In this document: in pieces, positions 40,856 to 49,937 of the stretch
How the letters are laid out: every line of letters begins with the position of its first letter
Numbering within the stretch: position 1 is the first letter of the stretch
Source of the DNA: Dehalococcoidia bacterium
GTDB lineage: Bacteria; Chloroflexota; Dehalococcoidia; Lucifugimonadales; UBA1127
Reading direction: 5' to 3'
NCBI GenBank assembly: GCA_965116355.1
Contig: OZ220679.1
Coordinates: forward strand, 2,273,034-2,337,033
DNA: 64,000 bases
The notes under the pieces: model-generated
Told to the model about the DNA's origin: nothing
The model's input: the letters and a program-made list of their open reading frames with translations, nothing else
Database searches by the model: none
Translations under genes and position numbers: made by a program

Positions 40856-41878
40856 GTGACGGCTCCCGCATTGTTGGGATCGATTCTCGTGCTGCTGGTC
40901 GTGGCCCTGTTCATGAACACGGGCATGGGCGCGGTCGAGATCAAACCGCTGCAGACCGTCGCCATCCTTCTGAGCCACGCCGGCATCGAGACGGGCATCG
41001 CCGTCGAGCAGCGCATGGACTCGGTGCTGTGGAACATCCGGCTGCCGCGAATCGTGCTGGCCCTGCTCGTCGGCGGAGGGCTTGGAGTTGCCGGCGCAGC
41101 ACTGCAGGGGGTCTTTCGCAACCCGCTGGCAGAACCGAGCGTCATAGGTGTGTCCAGCGGCGCGGCGGTGGGCGCGGTGAGCGCCATCGTGCTTGGGTTC
41201 TTCATTCCGGGAACGACGGGCATTGTTGTGGCGGCGTTCCTTGGCGGCTTGGCGGCCACGGCGCTTGTCTACTCGGTGGCGAGGAGCTTTGGCCGAACAG
41301 AGGTTGTGGTGCTGGTGCTGGCGGGCATCGCTGTCAACGCCACGGCCGGCGCATTCACTGGACTGCTCACCTCCATCGCCGACGATGACCAACTACGCAG
41401 CATCACCTTCTGGATCCTTGGCTCCGTGGGCGGGGCCACGTGGCCCGTCGTCTGGTCCGTGCTCCCGTTTTTCGTCGTCGGCATGGTGGCGCTGCCCTTC
41501 TGGGCCCGAGCGCTCAACCTCCTGACGCTGGGCGACCTTCAGGCAGGACACCTGGGCATCTCGACCGAACGAGTCCGTGTTGCTGTCATCGTGTTCAGCG
41601 CGCTTATAACGGGCGCCGCAGTGGCTGTGGCGGGCGTTATCGGCTTCGTGGGTCTGGTTGTCCCACACATCATCCGCCTCACCGTCGGGCCCGACCACCG
41701 ATTCCTGCTGCCGTGCAGCATCCTCGGCGGAGCGATGCTGCTGCTGTTCGCCGACCTCATCGCGAGGACGGCGGCGGCGCCGGCGGAAGCGCCACTCGGC
41801 GTCGTCACGGCGCTGCTGGGCGGACCGTTCTTCCTGTGGCTCGTCCACCGCACCCGAAAGAGCTGGGGAGGCATTTGA
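40856..41878 (+). CDS. hmuU: Hemin ABC transporter permease (FecCD family)
   Basis: FecCD-type polytopic permease (...LWNIRLPRIVLALLVGGGLGVAGAALQGVFRNPLAEP...). GTG 40856 follows AGGAGG. The alternative ATG 40772 overlaps the hmuT stop (ATGA). Confidence 0.85.
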   Translation: MTAPALLGSILVLLVVALFMNTGMGAVEIKPLQTVAILLSHAGIETGIAVEQRMDSVLWNIRLPRIVLALLVGGGLGVAGAALQGVFRNPLAEPSVIGVSSGAAVGAVSAIVLGFFIPGTTGIVVAAFLGGLAATALVYSVARSFGRTEVVVLVLAGIAVNATAGAFTGLLTSIADDDQLRSITFWILGSVGGATWPVVWSVLPFFVVGMVALPFWARALNLLTLGDLQAGHLGISTERVRVAVIVFSALITGAAVAVAGVIGFVGLVVPHIIRLTVGPDHRFLLPCSILGGAMLLLFADLIARTAAAPAEAPLGVVTALLGGPFFLWLVHRTRKSWGGI

Positions 41879-42720
41879 TGACGACGCTGGTTCAAGTTCG
41901 CGACCTGGGCTACAGGGCAGGCGCCCGCGCCCTTGTCGACGGGGTCGACCTGGACATCCGGGCCGGCGAGGTCCTGGGGATTGTCGGACCAAACGGCGCG
42001 GGCAAGTCCACGTTGTGCGGGTTGCTGGCGGGGGACCTGCACCCGGACTCAGGCGAAGTCTCGCTGTGCGGGCGTCCGGTGCAGTTCACCGATGTTGGAG
42101 CGCTGGCGCGGCTGCGTTCCGTGCTGCCTCAGCACACCGCCTTGGGTTTCCCCTTCACTGCCCGAGAGGTGGCGCTGATGGGGAGGCACCCGTATGTGCG
42201 CCGCTGGCGGTCGCCGTCGGCGTGCGACTATGCTATAGCCGAAGACTCCCTGATGCGCGTGAAGACGCTGCACCTATCAGAGCGCCTGTACCCGACCCTT
42301 TCGGGTGGAGAGCAGCGCCGGGTGTCGCTGGCGCGGGTGCTGGCACAGAACACGCCGGTGGTGTTGCTGGACGAGCCGACGGCCGCACTCGACCTCGGTC
42401 ACCAGGAACTCGTGATGGGCATCTGCCGTCGACTGGCGGCGGAGGGGAAGGCAGTGGTCGCCATCCTCCACGACCTGAACCTCGCCGGAGCGTACGCGGA
42501 CAGGGTTGCGGTCATGTCCAAGGGGCGCGTAGTTGGACTGGGGAGGACTCGCGACATCCTCTGCGCGGGGCTGCTCTCGCAGGTGTTCGACCACAGCGTC
42601 ATGGTTATGCCGCATCCCCAGAGCGGCAGTCCGGTGGTCCTGCCTGCATCAAACGGTCAGGGAGAAGGTGAAGGGCGGTGGAGGCCCTTCGCCGCATGGG
42701 AAGCAATCGGAAAGGGATAG
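41878..42720 (+). CDS. hmuV: Hemin ABC transporter ATP-binding protein
   Basis: Its ATG overlaps the hmuU stop (TGATG). Walker A GPNGAGKST, signature LSGGEQRR and Walker B VLLDEPT are present. Confidence 0.9.
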   Translation: MTTLVQVRDLGYRAGARALVDGVDLDIRAGEVLGIVGPNGAGKSTLCGLLAGDLHPDSGEVSLCGRPVQFTDVGALARLRSVLPQHTALGFPFTAREVALMGRHPYVRRWRSPSACDYAIAEDSLMRVKTLHLSERLYPTLSGGEQRRVSLARVLAQNTPVVLLDEPTAALDLGHQELVMGICRRLAAEGKAVVAILHDLNLAGAYADRVAVMSKGRVVGLGRTRDILCAGLLSQVFDHSVMVMPHPQSGSPVVLPASNGQGEGEGRWRPFAAWEAIGKG

Positions 42721-42730
42721 GAGGAAGAGA

Positions 42731-43060
42731 ATGAGTGTCGTCAAGATCAACGCCATCACGCCGGCCGAAGGCGCAGGAGCAGAGCTGGAGGCGCGGTTCG
42801 GCAACCGAGTACGGGAAGTGGAGCAGATGGAGGGGTTTGAGGGATTCCAACTGCTGCGTCCCGTGTCGGGGGAGACCCGGTACTACGTGTACACCCGCTG
42901 GCGCTCGGAGGAGGACTTCCTGCGGTGGGTGAACAGCGACGAGTTCAAGCGAGGCCACGCCAGGACCGACGGCGAGGTCCCCGTCGCCACCCATGCCACG
43001 CTTCTGTCGTTTGAAGTTGTGGAGTGGCCGCAGCCGGTGGCAATCCCGGACGGCTCGTAG
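42731..43060 (+). CDS. ABM-domain heme-degrading monooxygenase (IsdG/MhuD/HmoB-like)
   Basis: ATG follows GGAGGAAGAG. MSVVKINAITPAEGAGAELEARF...GFEGFQLLRP....YYVYTRWRSEEDFLRWVNSDEFKRGH is a typical ABM fold with the N..W..H-type context of IsdG-family enzymes. The operon context supports the call. Confidence 0.7.
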   Translation: MSVVKINAITPAEGAGAELEARFGNRVREVEQMEGFEGFQLLRPVSGETRYYVYTRWRSEEDFLRWVNSDEFKRGHARTDGEVPVATHATLLSFEVVEWPQPVAIPDGS

Positions 43061-43102
43061 CCGGGGCTCGCCGAAACAATCGAAACTGAGAGGAGACACG
43101 AC

Positions 43103-43936
43103 TTGACCACACCTACACCACAGAACACCGGAGCGCCGCAGCGTCGGAGGCGGCCGCCGCCTCGCGTTGTCGAGGTGCGGCGGGTTGAGCGCATTACGCC
43201 GCGGATGGTGCGGATCACGCTGGGCGGGGAGCAGATGCAGGGCTTCGAGTCCAAGGGCCCCGCAGAGCACGTCCGCATCTACCTGCCCGACGCCTCGTCT
43301 GGAGAGCTGCCCATGCCCGTGGAGGGGCCGGAGGGCATGAACTTCCCGGAGGACAGGCCCCGGCCGATGAGCCGGGCGTACACGCCCCGCCACTGGGACG
43401 CAGAGTCGGGGGAGCTGGTCGTCGACATTGCGCTGCACGAGCACGGGCCGGGGGCCGCGTGGGCGGCGGAAGTCAAGGCCGGCGACACGGCGGTCATCGG
43501 CGGGATGGCAGGGGGCACGTACTTTCCCGAAGACGCGGCCGAGTGGTATGTCATCGGCGGGGACGAGGCCGCGTTGCCGGCGATCGGCACGCTGCTGGAG
43601 GCGATGCCGTCGAGCATGCGGGCCATCGTCTACGCGGAGGTGCACGACGCGGAGGAAGAGCAAGAACTCACGTCGGCGGCGGAGTTCGAGGTGACGTGGC
43701 TGCACCGCCAGGGCGGCTCGACGCCGGGGCGGCTGCTGGCGGACGCGATCAAGTCAGTGGAGCTGCCCGCCGGCGACGGTCGCGTGTGGGTGAGCTGCGA
43801 GGCCGACGTCATGCGGGAGATCAGGCGGCACTTCCTCGAGGAGCGCGGCGTCGACCGCTCGATGCTGCGGACGCAAGGGTACTGGAAGCAGGGCGATGCC
43901 AACCACCCGGACCACGATATGGGGGACGACGTTTAA
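43103..43936 (+). CDS. Siderophore-interacting protein family FAD-binding reductase (SIP/ViuB-like)
   Basis: TTG start follows GAGAGGAG. ...RVVEVRRVERITPRMVRITLGG..., ...RAYTPR... and ...YWKQG... are typical of the SIP family. Confidence 0.8.
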   Translation: MTTPTPQNTGAPQRRRRPPPRVVEVRRVERITPRMVRITLGGEQMQGFESKGPAEHVRIYLPDASSGELPMPVEGPEGMNFPEDRPRPMSRAYTPRHWDAESGELVVDIALHEHGPGAAWAAEVKAGDTAVIGGMAGGTYFPEDAAEWYVIGGDEAALPAIGTLLEAMPSSMRAIVYAEVHDAEEEQELTSAAEFEVTWLHRQGGSTPGRLLADAIKSVELPAGDGRVWVSCEADVMREIRRHFLEERGVDRSMLRTQGYWKQGDANHPDHDMGDDV

Positions 43937-43958
43937 TCCCTTCCCGGCTTGCGCCCGC

Positions 43959-44141
43959 GCCCTTCGACAGGCTCCTTCGAGAGCCTCAGGACGGGGTCAG
44001 GGCGAGCGGGGTCTGGGTACCGGCTTTCGCTGGTAAGACGGAGTGCGGTACAGGCAGGCACTTCGACGGGCTCAGGGAAAGCGAGAAGCCACGCTGCCGC
44101 GCCACTGGATTCCCGCTTTCGCGGGAATGACGGTAGCGGGG
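43959..44141. repeat. Mosaic intergenic repeat, copy 5 (modules A, B-degenerate, A', C)
   Basis: Module A is GCCCTTCGACAGGCTCCTTCGAGAGCCTCAGGACGGGGTCAGGGCGAGCGGGG. Degenerate module B is TACCGGCTTTCGCTGGTAAGACG. Module A' is CACTTCGACGGGCTCAGGGAAAGCGAG. Module C is the hairpin ATTCCCGC-TTTC-GCGGGAAT (44109-44128). Confidence 0.75.
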
Positions 44142-44164
44142 AGGGCGAGCGGGTGTGCGGCTTT

Positions 44165-44587
44165 CTAGCCCGCGCTGGGGTCCACGGGGAGGCCGGAGCC
44201 GGTTGCGACTTCCCACTGGAAGCCGTCGGGGTCCGCGAAGTAGCCCGAGTAGCCGCCCCAGAACGTCTCTTCGGCGGGCTTGATAATGCGGGCCCCGGCC
44301 GCCTCGGCCTCGGCGAGCACGGCGTTCACTTCATCGCGCGAGGCGACGTTGTGCGCCATTGTGAAGAAATGTTGTCCTGACCCGACATCACCGGCCCGGT
44401 CCGCGGCGGCGTCTTCGGCCAATGCGTCTCTCGGAAACAGGGCGAGCATCACGTTGTTGAGCAAGAAGAACGTGATTGACGCGCTTCCCGCCTCGTGCAC
44501 GGGCAGACCCATGCCGTCGCGATAGAACCTGGTCGAGCGCTCCAGGTCCGTGACTCCAAGGGTGACGATGCTCAGCCGCGCTTCCAT
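44165..44587 (-). CDS. VOC family protein (glyoxalase fold)
   Basis: MEARLSIVTLGVTDLERSTRFYRDGMGL... and ...GYFADPDGFQWEV. Confidence 0.75.
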   Translation of the reverse strand: MEARLSIVTLGVTDLERSTRFYRDGMGLPVHEAGSASITFFLLNNVMLALFPRDALAEDAAADRAGDVGSGQHFFTMAHNVASRDEVNAVLAEAEAAGARIIKPAEETFWGGYSGYFADPDGFQWEVATGSGLPVDPSAG

Positions 44588-44696
44588 TCAATACCCTCCC
44601 AGTGGTGTTCCGGCAATATAGCACAAGTGTTTCAAACATGACAATGGGTGGCGAGAGGAAGTGATTCGAGCCGGTGAAGTGCTGTAGGATTGCTCC

Positions 44697-45260
44697 ATGA
44701 CGAGCTGGAACGAGCGATTCCGGGACAAGACACGGGACACGCTGGAGGAGGCGCTGGCGTTGCTCGGTGTCCCGGCGGAGATGGCGGAGCGCGGGCGGCC
44801 AGAGGAGGCGATCGGCAAGCGAATGTTCACCCGGTCGCTGGGGGTCGTCGACATCTCGGCGGGGCCGATCACGTGGGTGAACGTCATCAAGCAGGACGGC
44901 AGCGACAGGAGCCCTCCGCAATGGTGGTTCATCTTCGGCGTGCCGGACGGGCGGAAGATGCCGAAAGAGGGGGCCATCAAGCTGACGACGCTGCGGAAGA
45001 AGTCTTTTCCGATATTCGGCGAGGTGCTGGACGTCTCGTGGCGCGGGAAGGACATGGGCAGCGGACTTATCGGCATCCTCTCCGAGGACGCCACCATCGA
45101 CGAGATGATCAAGCGGGTGAAGGACATGACCGTCCAGAACCGGACCGAGGGCTTTCAGGGCTGGACGCTGCAGACGGGAAAGAACTTCGAGCTGTCCCAA
45201 CAAGACTGGGAGGCGCTGCAGACGATAGCGCTCTACCTGACGATGACGCCGGTCGGGTGA
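44697..45260 (+). CDS. Hypothetical protein (187 aa)
   Basis: A clean ORF with plausible composition. I recognise no family. Confidence 0.5.
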   Translation: MTSWNERFRDKTRDTLEEALALLGVPAEMAERGRPEEAIGKRMFTRSLGVVDISAGPITWVNVIKQDGSDRSPPQWWFIFGVPDGRKMPKEGAIKLTTLRKKSFPIFGEVLDVSWRGKDMGSGLIGILSEDATIDEMIKRVKDMTVQNRTEGFQGWTLQTGKNFELSQQDWEALQTIALYLTMTPVG

Positions 45261-45382
45261 GATTGGGAGCGGTGTTTCGGCTCGACGGATTTCGTAAAAT
45301 GAGACTGGAAAGGGGTTGACCAACAACGGCAATTGATATAATTTATATTTGCTTTAACCCCCTCAAGGGCTCTTGAAGACAC

Positions 45383-45417
45383 GGGCCTCCTGCCGCGCGG
45401 CGAGGCCCTCTTTTTTT
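45383..45417 (+). terminator. Intrinsic terminator (attenuator) in the metE leader
   Basis: GGGCCTC...GAGGCCC stem with an inner GCC/GGC extension, followed by TCTTTTTTT. It lies 12 nt upstream of the metE ATG and abuts the RBS CAGGAGG. Confidence 0.6.
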
Positions 45418-45429
45418 CAGGAGGACGAT

Positions 45430-47724
45430 ATGGTGACGACAGCAAACCTGGGATTCCCCCGCATTGGACCGCATCGAGAACTGAAGTGGGCCGTCGAGGC
45501 GTACTGGGGCGGCAGGATAGACGGCGACGAACTGCAACGACGGGCCGCCGACCTGAGGCGCGCACATTGGGAGTTCCAGCGCGACGCCGGCATCACTCAC
45601 ATTCCCTCCAATGACTTCTCTCTCTACGACCACGTACTGGACACCTCTGTCATGGTGGGCGCCATCCCGCGGCGCTACGGGACGGTGGACGGCGGCGTGG
45701 ATCTGGACACGTACTTTGCGATGGCGCGGGGCCGAGCGGCGACCATCGGCGATCCGGGCGTGCAGGCGATGGAAATGACGAAATGGTTCGACACCAACTA
45801 CCACTACCTGGTGCCGGAGCTGCACGAGGGGCAGCAGTTCGCGCTGCGTTCGGCGAAGGTCGTCGACGAGTTCCTCGAGGCGCAGGGGCTTGGCATCCAC
45901 ACGCGGCCGGCGCTGGTGGGGCCGGTGACATACCTCCTCATCTCCAAGGCTCAAGGTGACGGGCTCGACACCCTAGTGTTGCTGGACGGGCTGCTGGACG
46001 TGTACGCCGAGGTCCTGCGGCGGCTGGCGGACGCCGGCGCGACGTGGGTGCAGATGGACGAGCCGGCGCTGGGACTGGACCTAACCTCCGAGCAATTGAC
46101 CGCATTTGAGACTGCGTACTCGCGGCTGGCTGCGGCGGCGCCCTCGCTCAGCGTCATGCTGACAACGTATTTCAGCGACCTGCGTGAAAACACGGGGGCC
46201 GCGCTCGCGCTGCCGGTGCAGGGGGTGCACCTGGACCTGGTGCGGGGACGCTCCGACCTGGCGCCGGTGCTCGCCGAGCTGTCCGCCGGCAAGACCCTGT
46301 CGCTGGGGCTGGTCGATGGACGTAACGTGTGGAAGGCAGACCTTGCGGGGGCCATCGAGACGGCGCGGACGGCGGTCGCCGTGCTGGGCGGCAACCGGGT
46401 GGTCATCGCGCCGTCGTGCTCGCTGCTGCACAGCCCGGTGGACCTGGACAACGAGGAGACGCTGGACGAGGAGATCAAGTCGTGGATGGCCTTCGCAAAA
46501 CAGAAGGTGCGGGAGGTAGCGACCATTGCGGCGGCGCTGAACGGGGAAGGGCCGGAGGCGGAGCTGGCCTCGAACCTGGCGGCGATCACCGACCGTACGG
46601 CGTCGCCGCGCATTCACAGCCCGGAGATCAAGGAGAGGAGCGCGGCAGTCACCGCTGACATGCTGTTGCGACGGAGCCCGTACGCCCAGCGGCGGGGCGA
46701 ACAGCTCGACTTGCCGGACTTCCCCACCACGACCATTGGCTCCTTCCCGCAGACGGCGGAGATCCGACGCGCACGAGCCAGCCACAATCGCGGGGAGATG
46801 TCCGACGGGGAATACGAGCAGTTCCTGAAGGAGAACATCGCGGAGGCGGTGCGCATCCAAGAGGACGTGGGGCTGGACGTGCTGGTGCACGGGGAGGCCG
46901 AGCGGAACGACATGGTGGAGTATTTCGGCGAGCAACTGCTGGGCTACGTTTCCACCGCCAACGGGTGGGTGCAGAGCTACGGCTCACGGTGCGCCAAGCC
47001 GCCCGTCATCTACGGCGACATCGCACGGCCGTCGCCGCTGACGCTGCGCTGGATAACGTATGCGCAGTCGCTTACGGAGCTGCCGATGAAGGGCATGCTG
47101 ACCGGGCCTGTGACCATGCTGGAGTGGTCTTTCGTGCGGGACGACCAGCCGCGGAGCGAGACGTGCCGACAGCTGGCCCTTGCGATACGCGACGAAGTCC
47201 TGGACCTGGAGGCGCTGGGCATCAACGTGATCCAAGTGGACGAGCCGGCGCTGCGCGAGGGGCTTCCGTTGCGCAGGGCGGACTGGGACAGCTATCTGTC
47301 CTGGGCGGTTGACTGCTTCCGGCTGGCAACCGCCGGGGTGCAGGACCGGACGCAGATCCACACGCACATGTGCTACGTCGCGTACGACGACATTGCCGAA
47401 TCGATCACGCTGATGGACGCGGACGTGATCTCGATGGAGAACGCGCGGAGCGACGGAGAGGTGCTCCGCAACCTGCAGCGGAACAGCTACCCAAACGAGG
47501 TGGGGCCGGGCGTCTTCGACATACACTCGCCTCGGGTGGCGGATGCGGACGAGATGGCGGAGTTGCTGAGGGCGGCGTCGCGGGCGCTGCAGCCCGGACA
47601 GCGGTTGTGGGTGAACCCGGACTGCGGCCTGAAGACGCGGCGGTGGGAGGAGGTCATCCCGTCGCTGCGGAACATGGTATCGGCGGCGAAGGCGATGCGC
47701 GGGGCGGTCAGGGCGGGTAGATAG
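45430..47724 (+). CDS. metE: 5-methyltetrahydropteroyltriglutamate--homocysteine S-methyltransferase (cobalamin-independent methionine synthase)
   Basis: MVTTANLGFPRIGPHRELKWAVEAYW... The sequence is full-length MetE-like through the C-terminal Zn site (...HMCY..., ...NPDCGLKTR...). Confidence 0.95.
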   Translation: MVTTANLGFPRIGPHRELKWAVEAYWGGRIDGDELQRRAADLRRAHWEFQRDAGITHIPSNDFSLYDHVLDTSVMVGAIPRRYGTVDGGVDLDTYFAMARGRAATIGDPGVQAMEMTKWFDTNYHYLVPELHEGQQFALRSAKVVDEFLEAQGLGIHTRPALVGPVTYLLISKAQGDGLDTLVLLDGLLDVYAEVLRRLADAGATWVQMDEPALGLDLTSEQLTAFETAYSRLAAAAPSLSVMLTTYFSDLRENTGAALALPVQGVHLDLVRGRSDLAPVLAELSAGKTLSLGLVDGRNVWKADLAGAIETARTAVAVLGGNRVVIAPSCSLLHSPVDLDNEETLDEEIKSWMAFAKQKVREVATIAAALNGEGPEAELASNLAAITDRTASPRIHSPEIKERSAAVTADMLLRRSPYAQRRGEQLDLPDFPTTTIGSFPQTAEIRRARASHNRGEMSDGEYEQFLKENIAEAVRIQEDVGLDVLVHGEAERNDMVEYFGEQLLGYVSTANGWVQSYGSRCAKPPVIYGDIARPSPLTLRWITYAQSLTELPMKGMLTGPVTMLEWSFVRDDQPRSETCRQLALAIRDEVLDLEALGINVIQVDEPALREGLPLRRADWDSYLSWAVDCFRLATAGVQDRTQIHTHMCYVAYDDIAESITLMDADVISMENARSDGEVLRNLQRNSYPNEVGPGVFDIHSPRVADADEMAELLRAASRALQPGQRLWVNPDCGLKTRRWEEVIPSLRNMVSAAKAMRGAVRAGR

Positions 47725-47798
47725 CGGCACTCGCAGGCAGACAGAGGACGGGCGCGCGGGGGCAGCGCGCCGAATGGGTCGCGGCGAGGAAAGGTGCG

Positions 47799-47942
47799 TT
47801 ACTTCTTGCCGGGGGAAGGACGGGCACGGTTGCCCATCCGTGTGAGCGCGAAGAATCCGACGACGGTAAGCACTATTCCGAGGACGGCAATTGCGATCCC
47901 TGTGGAGGCGCCAACGAACTCCACAATCTCACTCAAGGCCAC
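47799..47942 (-). CDS. Possible small membrane protein (47 aa), not in the ORF track
   Basis: GTG 47942 lies 6 nt downstream of GGGAGG. It encodes VALSEIVEFVGASTGIAIAVLGIVLTVVGFFALTRMGNRARPSPGKK, which is one TM helix plus a basic tail. Confidence 0.35.
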   Translation of the reverse strand: MALSEIVEFVGASTGIAIAVLGIVLTVVGFFALTRMGNRARPSPGKK

Positions 47943-48191
47943 AGCATACCTCCCCGTATGTCAAGGCCTGTCGTCCGGTGATGCAGCATTGTAACCCTGC
48001 CCGTCAACCCCTTTCCAGCAAGGGCGTGACGGGAAATTTCCAGATATTCCGGGGATGAGCGCGACTTCAAGTGCGGTGCATAGGAGCACCCCGTAATCCT
48101 CCACGGGTCAGGTTTTGGGCTTTGCAATGGCCTCTTGCAAAAGCTACATTGTTCAAGTGCCGGAATCCAATTCCATGCAGGAGCATGCACG

Positions 48192-49133
48192 TTGACGAAC
48201 GCCCAAGAGACCCTTGCTCGAGAGTGGGCCATCGACGTCAGGAACCTGCGCAAGTCGTACGGCAGCATCGAGGCGGTGCGGGGCGTCGACCTGCAGGTGG
48301 CGACGGGTGAGGTGTTCGCGCTGCTGGGGCCGAACGGGGCGGGGAAGACGACGATCGTCGAGATCCTCGAGGGGCACCGGAGCAAATCGAGCGGGGACGT
48401 GTCGGTGCTGGGGCACGACCCGGGCTCGAACGACCAGGCGTACAAGCAGCGAGTAGGCGTCGTGCTGCAATCGACCAGCGTGGACCAGTACCTCTCCGTC
48501 GAGGAGACGATCAACCAGTTCCGCGGCTACTACCCGCAGCCGCTGCCGCTGGAGGAACTGCTGAACCTGGTGGGACTTCGGGAGCAGCGGCGACAGCGGG
48601 TGAACAAGCTGTCCGGCGGGCAGCAGCGGCGGCTGGACGTTGCCATCGGGCTGGCGGGGGACCCGGAGCTGCTGTTCCTCGACGAGCCGACGACGGGGTT
48701 CGACCCGGCGGCGCGGCGCGGGGCGTGGGAGATGGTGCGGGGGCTGAAGTCGCTGGGAAAGACGGTGCTGCTGACGACGCACTATATGGAGGAGGCCGAG
48801 TACCTGGCGGACCGCGTCGCGATCATGGTGCAGGGTAGGATCGTCGCATTGGGGGCGCCGGGAGAGCTCTCGTTGGAGGGCCGCGCGACGACCGTGCGGT
48901 TCCGCCTGCCGGAGGGCTCGCCCGCGCTGACGGACGGGCTTCAGGCGGTTGGGTTAGGCGGCGGCGCATACTCGTTGGAGACGGACTCGCCGACGGGGAC
49001 GCTGCACGCGCTGACCTCGTGGGCAGTGGAGCACGGCGTCGAGCTGGAGGAGCTCTCGGTCACGCACCCGACGCTGGAGGACCTGTTCATCGAGCTGGTG
49101 GGCGAGGACGGCGAGAGCGGGGGGAAGGCATGA
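48192..49133 (+). CDS. ABC-2 type (DrrA-like) exporter ATP-binding protein
   Basis: Walker A GPNGAGKTT, signature LSGGQQRR and Walker B LFLDEPT are present. TTG 48192 follows AGGAG. The track start is 48135. Confidence 0.85.
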   Translation: MTNAQETLAREWAIDVRNLRKSYGSIEAVRGVDLQVATGEVFALLGPNGAGKTTIVEILEGHRSKSSGDVSVLGHDPGSNDQAYKQRVGVVLQSTSVDQYLSVEETINQFRGYYPQPLPLEELLNLVGLREQRRQRVNKLSGGQQRRLDVAIGLAGDPELLFLDEPTTGFDPAARRGAWEMVRGLKSLGKTVLLTTHYMEEAEYLADRVAIMVQGRIVALGAPGELSLEGRATTVRFRLPEGSPALTDGLQAVGLGGGAYSLETDSPTGTLHALTSWAVEHGVELEELSVTHPTLEDLFIELVGEDGESGGKA

Positions 49134-49906
49134 AGGCCGTGATGCTTGCGCTGCGACAGGTGCGCTACGAGAACCGGGCGTTCTGGCGGAACCCGGCGGC
49201 GGCGTTCTTCACCATCGTATTCCCGCTGATGTTCCTGGTGATCTTCAACCTGGTGTTCGGCAACAGGGACATCACGGACGCTAACGGCAACACGTACAGC
49301 GGCTCGACGTTCTACGTGCCGGCGATCATGGTCTTCGCGCTGGTAGGGGCGACGTACACGAACATCGCGATGAACATCGCGTTTTCGCGAGAGGCAGGAC
49401 TGCTGAAGCGGATGCGGGGCACGCCGCTGCCGAGCTGGTCCTACCTGGCGGGCAAGATCGTGCACTCCGTGCTGCTGGCGGCGCTGCTGGTGGTCATCGT
49501 CGCGGGGTCGGGGGTTGTGCTCTTCGGCGTCGACCTGCCGACGAACACCCTGCCGGCAGTGTTGCTGACGCTGGCCATCGCGGCGGCGACGTTCTGCACG
49601 CTGGGGCTGGCCGTGACGACGCTCATCCCGAACGCGGACGCGGCGCCGGCGATTGTGAACGCGTCGATCCTGCCGCTGCTGTTCATCTCCGACGTGTTCA
49701 TCCCGCTTGACGACGCGCCGGTGTGGCTGACGACCATTGCGGACGTGTTCCCGGTGCGGCACATGGCGGTGGCGCTTCACACGTCCTTCAACCCGTTCGA
49801 GACGGGGACCGGGTTCGAGTGGGGGCACCTGGCGGTGATGGCGGTGTGGCTGGTCGGCGGACTGGCGTTCACCGTGCGGTTCTTCCGGTGGGAGCCTCCC
49901 CGGTAG
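49130..49906 (+). CDS. ABC-2 type exporter permease
   Basis: Its ATG overlaps the upstream stop (ATGA). It is a six-TM ABC-2 membrane protein (...FWRNPAAAFFTIVFPLMFLVIF...). Confidence 0.8.
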   Translation: MKAVMLALRQVRYENRAFWRNPAAAFFTIVFPLMFLVIFNLVFGNRDITDANGNTYSGSTFYVPAIMVFALVGATYTNIAMNIAFSREAGLLKRMRGTPLPSWSYLAGKIVHSVLLAALLVVIVAGSGVVLFGVDLPTNTLPAVLLTLAIAAATFCTLGLAVTTLIPNADAAPAIVNASILPLLFISDVFIPLDDAPVWLTTIADVFPVRHMAVALHTSFNPFETGTGFEWGHLAVMAVWLVGGLAFTVRFFRWEPPR

Positions 49907-49937
49907 ACGGGGGGCGCCGCGCTAGCCGGGGCCTCGC

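Noticed and set aside
47794-47994. A 66-aa plus-strand ORF downstream of metE.
   Set aside because: It has no RBS and an odd composition. The opposite strand carries a better-supported 47-codon TM sORF with a GGGAGG RBS.
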